From Eledone cirrhosa (lineage: Eukaryota), in the NCBI GenBank assembly GCA_964016885.1, contig OZ024742.1:262260001-262324000 (forward strand): a DNA stretch of 64,000 bases. Reading direction: 5' to 3'. Below are positions 48,130 through 64,000 of the stretch, one piece after another. The notes below the pieces were generated by a model that ran no database searches, had not been told where the DNA came from, and worked only from the letters and a program-made list of their open reading frames with translations. Within the stretch, counting starts at the first letter, position 1; each line of letters starts with the position of its first letter. Position numbers and translations under genes: made by a program.

Positions 48130-49287
48130 GACAGTTTTTCTATGAAACATAATATTGATTATTTTCCATTTTTATTTTTCCTATTTCCATATTAGTTCTT
48201 TATGCTTATTTTTGGAACAGTCGCGTTCCTGAATCCATCTATGTATTAACATTTCGAAGTCTTCACTGATCCATCTTCAGAATGATCATACTACTGGCGC
48301 ATTGGCCACTTGTTACGTGGACGTCTGATTAAAAGGATGTTCAATGGTTGAAACATGGCAGTTGTAATTGGTTTCGCGTATACTGTATTTGTGGTTTAAG
48401 TTTTAATTTATATTCTGATATTAGTAGAGCTTCCATAGTTGTTCGCCTTATTTCGTGTAGAATTGTGTATTATTTACCTTTTATCCTCACGGGGTCGATA
48501 AAATAAAGTACCAGTAATGTACTGTGTAATTGCTGGCCTTGTGCCAAAAGTAGAAACAATTATTATTATTTGCTTGTACTGTATGGCAGTGTGTTGTGAT
48601 AGCTCCTTATTGTATGTGCATAGTTAACCAACGGAAAGTGTAGTGCTTGTGTGACTCGCCTAACAATTTTGGTCATGAAGTTTGCAACTTTTATGTTTGC
48701 ATTGAAATTTATATATCACATTGGTCATTTGCAGTTTTAGCATTCTGTGGTGGCACATTAATGAGGGGTATTTTTGTAGTATATTTTAACTATGAGTTTG
48801 TGGTTAGGATTGATGCATATTTTATAATTATTTTTTTCTTGTGACTTGTTCACCCGTTCCATAGCCAGGGTGCATTAGTTCCTGTAGTGTACGAATTGTG
48901 AGGTTTGTGTATTATTCTCGGCGCTTCTGTTGTATCAGTGTGGCTAAATCTTTTCTTATATTGTTTTATATGATGGTCTATTAAACTTATTTGAATCGTC
49001 TTTAGTGGATGAGAATTTAAAAAGTTGTCTAATGACGATTTTAACTATCTATATTTTGAATCAGTGTGGGTACATGATAGTTTACGACCACAGCTAAACA
49101 TTTGACCAATAAGCCAGTAGTGTGACTTGTCTGATTCTGAAGATGGAGCCTTGAAGGTGTCGAAACGTTAATACACACAGATTTAGAAACACTACTGTTT
49201 CAAACTAAGCGTTAAGAACTAATAAGGAATTACAACAAAAACAAAAACCCTTCTTAAAATGATCAAAATAGAACATAAACATGTTTT

Positions 49288-49292
<5 letters not shown>
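48130..49292 (-). mobile_element. Old Penelope-like remnant with inverted 3' ends, each bearing a hammerhead motif
   Basis: The reverse strand encodes TNVIYKFQCKHKSC...TSTTLS..LTMH and RRTTMEALLISEYK (GIY-YIG). Regions ~48135-48285 and ~49130-49290 are diverged inverted homologues. (TA)n/(CA)n flanks; a SINE is inserted at 48473-48570. Confidence 0.65.
49134..49172 (+). ncRNA. Degenerate minimal hammerhead ribozyme motif (inverted relative at 48245-48283)
   Basis: AUU-CUGAAGA-U-[GGAGCCU uga AGGUGUC]-GAA-ACGU-U-AAU: palindromic stem III, 3-bp stem I, one mismatch in stem II. Confidence 0.5.
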
Positions 49293-49335
<43 letters not shown>

Positions 49336-49557
49336 AGAAGTGCGCTAACAATCAAAGTGTATAAAGTTATATCTGTATAAATACAGAGTATGTAATAAAT
49401 TGCACGAACGTGTATAGATACACACACATATGTTTATATTGTCTGCGATACATGGACCAGGAAGGCCACAAATCGATGTAGTACAGAGTGGGTATATTAA
49501 TGGGGTAGAGATTTGATCGCAAGCTTGAGTGGTGAAATCACTCTACCTCATTAATAT

Positions 49558-49746
49558 AGCGGTGGATTGGCAGTATCGGTAGAGGGTCGGACGCCATGCT
49601 TTCCAGCACAGTTACGTCTCTTTACGATCTGAGTTCAAATCCTGCCGAGGTTGACTTTGCCTTTCATCCTTACGGGGTCGATAAAATAAAGTACCAGTAA
49701 TGCACTGAGTAATTTGCTGGCCTTGTGCCTAAAGTAGAAACAATTA
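49558..49746 (+). mobile_element. Full-length Nin/Deu-domain tRNA-SINE
   Basis: A box TGGCAGTATCGG, B box GAGTTCAAATCC and core GCCTTTCATCCTTACGGGGTCGATAAAATAAAGTACCAG. Confidence 0.75.
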
Positions 49747-49763
49747 ATATATATGTATATTTG

Positions 49764-49798
<35 letters not shown>

Positions 49799-49861
49799 AT
49801 GCATATCATCTGATGATATATATGTGTGTGTGTGTATCTATATGCATATCATCATCTGATG

Positions 49862-49902
<41 letters not shown>

Positions 49903-52263
49903 TATATATATATATATACTCAGGAAACTTTCCCTCATCACTCCAGTCTTTCTCTTTAAAAAAAATCAAAAACACTACGACATTCCCCTAAAAAAAAAAA
50001 AAATCAAAACATGTTTCAATTGGAATTTCCCTGCGTACCTTCAACATTACCATACAAATTGATTTTGATTTTTTACGATGTGAAAATATTGAAGAACAAC
50101 GAAAAAAGACAATTCAACACCCCACAATGGCTGCAGTCTAATAATTGAAACAAGTAAAAGACTGTAAACCCTTCAGTTTCTGATGGATTAACATGTGGTT
50201 AGATATAAATAGTTGTAAACAGACATAAAGCACTCCACGACTTGGGTTCCTTAAAGTATTATCAATAAGGTATCAAAGGGAGAGTCACTATTATAAAGAA
50301 GAGAGACGGTTTTAAGTGTACAATAATACTATTATATAATAAACTGGATGTACAGTTAAAACCATCTCTCTTCTTTATAATATATATAGATAGATAGATA
50401 TGTGTATGCGTATATATATCTATATCTATATATTGACTGGAGTTGGGAGAGAAACTTTAAAAGATATACATACATACATACATACATACATACGTGTATT
50501 TATGTATATACATGTATGTATATATGCAATGTTGACTGAAGTTGGATGAGAAGCTCTCCGTGAAAGTGAAATGTTACTTTAATGTAAGTTATTCTTAAAT
50601 AATACTGTTTTTCCTACTTTCTAACTTAAGCTGAGCTCTTGTATAGTTATGATTCTATTTATTTTTGTCACCTAAGGTGACCACCATCAACACCATGACA
50701 GCAGCAACAATGACAAATTGGATTGTTAACTAAGTGTGGATTTATTTTTATCAAACTTCTTTTATTTAGCAGACTGAATCTGGTCTGGTCAGGTCAGTCT
50801 GGTCCTGGGCCATATTAACACATTCCTCTTGGCTTTCAGCCTCCTCTAGCACTACAATTTTTCACTCCACTACAGCAAAAAATAGATAAATAAATAAAAT
50901 GAGTTCCTTTGTCTCTATAGGGCTCCTAGTCTTCAGCTTTGTCAGGTCATGTCTAGTTATGTAACTCAAAGACTGCTAAAAAAAAAATCAACTAAAAGAA
51001 CCTCGCTATGTGGAGCTATGGAGGAGTTGCAACTCTGGTGACCACCACCATTTCACCTTATCTGTTTAAACCCTATGTATATATGTTTATATATTTAAAC
51101 ATCTAAATGGAATCTATGTGATGAATTGGCAGGGTCATTTGAGTGTTGAGTTAAATACCAAGCTATATATCCCAGCTCACTGCACTCTTTTCAGTTCAAA
51201 TACCACTGAGGTGATCTTCACCTTTAATTATTTTTTGAGGTGGGAGGGAGGGACGGAGGGCACGATACATTATCAGTACAGAGAGCAAAGATTAGTGGAA
51301 TCATTAAAGAATTAGATGGGACACTGCAATATCTGGCTCTGTATATTCTAGGTTCAAATCCTGCCTCCATCTGCCAGGAGTTGCAACTGGCAGATAGTAT
51401 TAGCAATGGAAATATTTCCTTGGTCTGATCTGATGATCAAATCCTTTTATATATATTTTCTGGATTAAACTACAGTTTTGTGCCTCCCCCTCTTCCTCAC
51501 ACACAACCACCTCAGCTTTTTTCCCCTTTATCTACTTTTAATAATGAATATTTTTTTTAAATGAAACTATGCAGAGATACATTTTCAGGTTATGTTTCTC
51601 TTTAGGTATATGACATAACAGTCACCAAAAGATGAAAGTAAATTATTACAGGGGCAGGCATGGCTGTATGGCTAAGTAGTTTGCTTTGCAACCACATTGT
51701 TTTGGGTCCAATCCCACTGCAAGTCACCTTGAACAAATGTCATCTACATACTATAGTCTTGGGTTAACAAATGCATTATGAGTGAAATTTGGTAGACAAA
51801 AACTGGAAGCCAGTTCATTATTAAAAAAAGAAAAATCAAAGAACAAATACACAAAGACTTATTAGTTTCACACCTGTGGGAAAAAGAAAAAAAACTCTCT
51901 TAACATATTGGGCATTAGTCCTTCATCTGGAAAAAGTAAAGTTAGGAGAATGAGGAGGCTGGAAGGTTGAAGAAAAAAAAAGGGGGCTGGTTATACCGAT
52001 TGTATGAAACAAATTTAAATTAATATCTTTCAACATGATTTGATATAAGAACCTTTCATTATGTTTCAAATATTATTTTTAGTATATCCCTCAAAATTTT
52101 TCTGTAATTCAAACACAGCATATTTTATTAGAAATATGGTCCCAAAAGGGTTAAAGGAGGAAGAGTACTGGACTGATTGATGATCATTGCTGGCCTTTCC
52201 AGAATGGTGAGATCATTACAGTTGTGTACATGTGTATATAAATATATGTTTATATGAAGTATT

Positions 52264-52303
<40 letters not shown>

Positions 52304-52464
52304 TATATAATTTATATGAAGCATTGTGAGAATTGTGGTTGATTGTTTTGGGAAAGCTAGCACAAGGCAAGTTAGAAAGATAAAAGTGAAATATATATAT
52401 ATATATATTTAGTTAGTTTTTGTATTTGTTTTGCAAAGTTCTTGATGTAAAATTCTGTGTTTAA

Positions 52465-52661
52465 CCCTTTAACATCTAAACTGGCCATATCTGGCCAGAA
52501 TTCTCTCACCTCTTTCTGACCGTAACTGGCCACTCATACTGATGTTAAGGTATTGTTCTCAAAATAAATATCAAAATCTCGTAGATTCGATATTATGAAA
52601 GATAAAGCCTTTACTGTGAAAATACAATAATAAATATAAGAGTAATGTAAATGCTAAGGGG
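52465..52661 (+). mobile_element. piggyBac-derived MITE inserted in a decayed PLE 3' end (~52410-52830)
   Basis: TTAA-CCCTTTAACATCTA ... TAAATGCTAAGGGG-TTAA, homologous to 40085-40292. The flanks rejoin to resemble 13566-13700. Confidence 0.8.
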
Positions 52662-53655
52662 TTAAACATATTCTAATACTTTAGGAGGATCATATTGCCA
52701 ATAAAAACCGTAGAGTTTTACTTTGGTTTTTATTATTAATCAGGTAATTAATCCATACATCAGTTGGTTTAGCAACCAAATGACTATATAATTGTCAAAG
52801 CGTTTTTGTTGTGACCACAATAACTTTAGGGGGCCTCCATATCTCCTTTTCATTTTGTTCTTGTGCCTCCATTTTTTTCTTCTCTCTGATACAAGACCCC
52901 CTTTGTTATCAATATCACAGCACTCTCAATTTCCTTTCTTTTGAAAAAGGGTTCCTAACCTCAAAATAACATGAAATACAAGGTAGAAGTGTAAATTGTT
53001 TTTTTGTTTTATTTTTTGTAAAGGGATAGTACAAAACACTACTTCTACTACTATTACTAGTTTTCAGTTTTGTATTTCTAACTTGTACTGGCTTTCCCAA
53101 AACAATCATAAACAGACTCACACACATATGTTAATTAGTGGTGGTGTGTTTCAAAAGCTCTTTTCTTGCCAATAAAATGGTCCTGTGATACTGCTGTTGT
53201 GGTAAATCTGGGGCAGGGTGGGAAACAATGAAAAGTTTATATTTTTTAAATAAATAAAATTGTCATCAACCCTTTTACAGCAAGTATGTATCCTATGTTG
53301 ATCTGAATAAATATTTAAAAACAAACTGATTTTCTATTTTTAAAAAATTATATTTGGCATAAATAATTTGTTCACAAATAAAGTTTTTTTCTGTTGGTAT
53401 TTAACCTAAAGTTAAGTCTAATTCACATGTGTGTTGTTATTTAAACCTATGTAAACTCTAATGCATCAGGCCTATCTATATTCAAAGACATTCCAATGGG
53501 TCAAGTAACCACATAAAGGCTGTGAAAATGGCTGGTATGTATATATGTTTGTTCTTAATTTTATGATTATTTTCACTGGCCACATTCCAACCTGGTAGCA
53601 AAGTTGGGAAGACAAGTAAAATACTGGTGTACTTTGTGCTGTGTATGTATGGATA

Positions 53656-56600
53656 CATCATCATCATCGTTTAACGTCCATATTCTACGCTCACATGGGT
53701 TTGGACGGGAGTTTTCCCACTTGAGGCAAGAGTGGTTGTCTTGCTCGCATAGGACTGTCTGGCGGGTTTTCTACGGCTGGATGCCCTTCCTAACACCAAC
53801 CACATTTACAGTGTGGAACTGGGAGGTTTTTACCGTGTTGCCTACACGGCCACATTACAGCGTGGACTGTGTGTTTTTTTGTCGTGACACCTACACGACC
53901 TCATTTGTTTCGGGCTGGATGTTGTGGTACCAACATAACTTTACATTGAAAGGGGTGGTGTGGATGGGGTGGGGGTAGTGGTACGGGGGGGGTATTTTGT
54001 TAGAGGTGCCTACTGACTGTAGTAGGTTTCACTTTGCACTTAAGTAAGGCGGGTCTTCTCTATTACTGTGTAGCGCCAAAGATCTCGGTCCAGTGACATT
54101 GTCTTGGAGAGGTGTAAGTGTGTGAGGTCGGAATTTATCAAGTCGTCCCAGGTTTTTCTGGGTCTGCCTACTCCATGGCTACCGCCTATTTTTATTGTCC
54201 TGCACTTTTTTATACAGCTGTCGTCTTTCATGCGCATCACGTGACCATACCAACGTAGTCTTCTCTCGAGTAAACAACATCTGATCCCCCTTATTTCTAA
54301 TTTCTCCCTTCACGTATATTACTATTACACATCCAGTAGAGCATGCAAGCTTCGTTTCTCTCCAGTCTGCGTATATCCTCTGCACACAATGCCCAAGTCT
54401 CACTGCCATGTAACATTGCTGTTTGTATGCAGGCATCATACAGCCTGTCTTTCATTTTTAGAGAGAACCCTTTAGCGGCCAATAGTGGTATAAGCTCTGA
54501 ACTTTTTCCATCCAGTTCTGACTCTAGCTACTGTACTTTCAGAGCACCCTCCCCCACTGCTGATTTTGTCACCCAGGTAACGGAAGCTGTCCACTATTTC
54601 TATAGAATCATCTGTGCAATGGAATGAGTTAGTATTCTGTGGGCACTTGCTGCTACTTACTGCACCAGAGCACCGGCCACATATAAAATCTATATTCTTA
54701 GTTAGCTTACCTGTGATCCCACTACATCTTTTATGTACCCATACTTTGCATTTGGGACATAAAATGGAGTTTCTACCTACTCCTTTCCTACACACTGAGC
54801 ATGGGCATTTCCCAGATGGGACCGGTGCTCTATTTTCCTTCCTACAAACTAGAACTTTAGTCATAGACAGGTTAATTTTAAGGCCTTTTGATTCTAGGCC
54901 ATGCTTCCATGTTTGGAATTTCTTCTCTAGTTCAGCTATGAGCGTTAGATCATCTGCATATAGGAGTTCCCATGGGCAGCCAGTCTTGAACACCTCTGTT
55001 ATAGCCTGAAGGGCAATAATAAATAGTAGCGGGCTAAGGACGGAGCCCTGATGAACACCAACTTTTACGCTAAACTCATCACTATATTCGTTGTTAATTC
55101 TAACCTTGCTGACTGTTTCTTTATACATGGCTTGTATAGCTCTCACAAGCCATTCATCAACACCTAGTTTTCTAAGGGCCCACCAGATAATCGAGCGGGG
55201 TACTCTGTCAAAGGCTTTCTCCAAGTCAACAAAAGCTAAGTATAGGGGTTTACTTTTAGCTAGGGACTTCTGTAGTTGTCGTACAATGAAAAGAGCGTCT
55301 GTTGTACTTTTACCTGACACAAACCTGAACTGCATTTCATCTAGATCAATTCGCTCTCTGATTAGTTGCGCTATTACTTTTTCTGTGACCTTCATGACCT
55401 GGTCAATTAATTTAATGCCTCTATAGTTTCCCCTATCTAGGGCATCACCTTTACCCTTGTAGCAGTTAATGATGATGCTGCTGCGCCAGTCCTTCGGAAC
55501 GACTCCATTCTGTATGATTTGGTTTACTATCCGGGTGACCATAGTGTGTCCCACCGTTCCAGATGCTTTCAGCATTTTGGCAACTATTTCCGAAGGCCCG
55601 GCCGCCTTGCCCGTCTTCATGTCTTTGATCACCTTACTTATTATACTACCTTCAACTTGCACTGCTGGTCCCTCTATTGGGTTGATGTGGGGGAGACTGT
55701 CTTTCTCCCAATTATTCTCCTCATTTAGTAGCCTTTCGTAGTGACACTTCCAAGCTACCTTCTTATCAGCGTCAGTGATGGCAAGTACACCATCATCATT
55801 AAGTACACACTTCTCCCCGATAATATCACTGTTTTCCTTGACACATTGCCTAGCAATCCTGAACACCTCACGTTTTTGGTCCTCGCGTTGTAGAACATGC
55901 TTGAACTTTCTTTCCTCTGCTTCCCTTCTTGCGAAGTACACTTCCCTCCTAGCTTCCCTCCTGGCCACTTGATAGTCTGCTCTACTTCCCCCATCCCGCC
56001 ATGCTTTCCAAGCCTGCTTTTTGGCCTTGATTAACCTCTCCACCTTACTGTTCCACCACCAAGTTACTCTCCTCCTGCCTATAGGCCTGCTCCAACCACA
56101 GGTTTCATCTGTCGCCTTCAGCAGGTTAGCTTTCAGGAATTCCCATGGTTCCTCTATATTGTACGACTCTAATTGCTCTTCCTTACTATCAAAAGCATCA
56201 AGTAATATGCTTTTAAATTTATTACTGATTGTGGGGTCCTTTAATTTCCATATTTTTCTCCTGAGGATAGTCCTCTTCTGTTGTCGAATACTTCTCGTCC
56301 TGACTATGAGGTCGCTAATTATGAGTATGTTGAGACGTGCATTCTTCATGGGGGAGGGATTTAGTGTTTAAACAGACACTCTGTCACGTCTCCTGGTAAG
56401 GATATAATCTACCTGGCTTGTGTGTTCCCCCGATCTATAGGTGATCAAGTGATTGTCTCGTTTTTTTGAAGTTAGTGTTACAGATAGTTAGGTTATTTGC
56501 GTCACAGAATTCCAGGATTCTGGAGCCTTCCTCATTTCTAGTACCAAACCCATAGCCTCCATGGATTCCGTCATAGCCTTCACAATGTTGTCCAACGTGA

Positions 56601-57738
56601 CCATTTAGGTCGCCAGCAATAATTATATAGTCACTGTCGGTTATTTGGGAGGTAGTGAGCATCAGTGTCTCATAGAATCTGTCTTTTATAGTGCCGGGCA
56701 GTCCGGATTGGGGTGCGTACGCAGATATTACTGTCACAGTAGTTCTATTGAGGACAAGTCTTATTTTAATTATTCTGTCGTTCACTCTCTTTACGTCTAT
56801 TATCTTATCTGCCCACTTTTCTGCTACCATGATTCCTACTCCACCCAGCCCATTGTCATTTCCCACCCAGAAAAGCTTATAACATCGTTGTTTACCCACG
56901 ATGAATCTAGCAGACCCACCCCTCCATCTGGTCTCTTGAATACAACAAACATCGACCTTCTTACGTTCAAGCATTTCTACAACCTCGTTAGAGCGACCCT
57001 TTAAGGTGCCTACATTCATGGTACCAACTCTGAAGTTTGGGATTGCGTTTGGAGGTTGGGAGCGGTGGGGCACAGGGGGGGATGGGGGAGATGGGGCTAT
57101 GTTAGCCATCCGCGGCCGAAACAAAGAGGAGGAGTCCTTGCATTCTCGTCCATGAGGTGAATTTGTCTTCATCTTTGGCATTGTCACTGAGTGTCCAGAT
57201 TTTTTCGTTTTAACTCTCCAGAATTCCGTAGTCCATCCATCATATCGAAAGGCAACCAGGTAAGCGATAGCACAGGCCGCTGACTTATGATTGGCCCACG
57301 TAATAATGGTGGTGTGTGGGGGCGGGTGGGAGGGATATTGGGTAGTTAGAGAGAAGGTTAAGGTTTAAATAAGATCCCCGTATTTTGGGCATAATTTAAC
57401 AAGCATAAAACAATAATACAAGATTTCTTTTGAAAAATACGCTAGAATTATCGAATAGAAAAGCAAAGATTGTATTTTGGGAGAAATGATACAGAATGAA
57501 GAATGGACTAGGGAATTAAAATGGTGAGAAGAGTGAAGAAATATTTGTACGTTACATTACACCATGATAGCCTGTCTAGGGTAGGCGATTTTTGAGGTTT
57601 CGTACTTGCAGGATTTATTTTATATTTGGAGAGAGAGGAAGGGATTGGTGGCGAACCAGCATGATATAGAGGGGGGGGGGGTGAAGATAGGAGGGAGCAG
57701 AGGTTAAGAGTTTAAATAAAGTCCTCATATTTGGGGCA
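53656..57738 (-). mobile_element. Near full-length RTE-clade LINE (family B), frameshifted
   Basis: AP endonuclease (GTMNVGTL, CIQETRW, ISAYAPQ, IAGDLNGH; 56435-57187) and RT (YRGIKL, LAFVDLEKAFD, GVHQGSVLSP, YADDL; 54472-56349), then a 3' UTR with subrepeats and a (CAT)n tail at 53656. The 5' boundary is uncertain. Confidence 0.88.
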
Positions 57739-57750
57739 TGTATGTATATA

Positions 57751-58542
<792 letters not shown>

Positions 58543-58742
58543 NNNNNNNNNNNNNNNNNNNNNNNNNNNNNNNNNNNNNNNNNNNNNNNNNNNNNNNNNN
58601 NNNNNNNNNNNNNNNNNNNNNNNNNNNNNNNNNNNNNNNNNNNNNNNNNNNNNNNNNNNNNNNNNNNNNNNNNNNNNNNNNNNNNNNNNNNNNNNNNNNN
58701 NNNNNNNNNNNNNNNNNNNNNNNNNNNNNNNNNNNNNNNNNN
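58543..58742. other. Assembly gap (200 N)
   Basis: Run of N. Confidence 0.99.
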
Positions 58743-62905
<4,163 letters not shown>

Positions 62906-62906
62906 T

Positions 62907-62977
<71 letters not shown>

Positions 62978-62993
62978 ATATATATATATATAC

Positions 62994-63028
<35 letters not shown>

Positions 63029-63031
63029 CAT

Positions 63032-63062
<31 letters not shown>

Positions 63063-63068
63063 TATATA

Positions 63069-63162
<94 letters not shown>

Positions 63163-63165
63163 CAT

Positions 63166-63207
<42 letters not shown>

Positions 63208-63210
63208 CAT

Positions 63211-63272
<62 letters not shown>

Positions 63273-63350
63273 CATTATATATATATATATATCATATATA
63301 TATATATATATATATACATTATATATATATACATATATATATATATACAT

Positions 63351-63738
<388 letters not shown>

Positions 63739-63740
63739 CA

Positions 63741-63884
<144 letters not shown>

Positions 63885-63944
63885 TACATATATATACATA
63901 TATATACATATATATCATATATATATATATATACATATATATAC

Positions 63945-63997
<53 letters not shown>

Positions 63998-64000
63998 ATA

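Noticed and set aside
57225-57300. HDV-like ribozyme at the RTE 5' end (GGGCC...GGCCU on the - strand)
   Set aside because: Only a 5-bp hairpin with a 14-nt loop, too short for the nested P2/P3 pseudoknot.

Overview
AT-rich, repeat-dense animal genomic DNA. The RTE LINEs with (ATG)n tails, Nin/Deu- and Meta-type SINEs and long (TA)n arrays suggest an octopod cephalopod, but this is inference. There are three host genes, all on the + strand: the last coding exon of SGSM3 (1074-1206), a complete six-exon eIF3h gene (10197-36884, 331 aa) and a single-ORF ceramide phosphoethanolamine synthase-like CDP-alcohol phosphotransferase (46645-47667). Most of the rest is transposon-derived: RTE, CR1-group and CRE LINEs, a decayed piggyBac with MITEs, DD37D mariners, a Helitron, a solo LTR and SINEs. 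There is a 200-N gap at 58543-58742. The most striking structure is in eIF3h intron 1: a very young Penelope-like element (RT + GIY-YIG) present as two head-to-head, near-identical 3-kb arms (15464-21992). It has an Asn-rich insert, an unusually long RT fingers region and a minimal hammerhead ribozyme in each arm. The same design recurs at six further sites, from about 130 bp to 1.7 kb: a fold-back next to (TA)n, usually with a short extra tail on one arm, and in two cases with its own hammerhead motifs.
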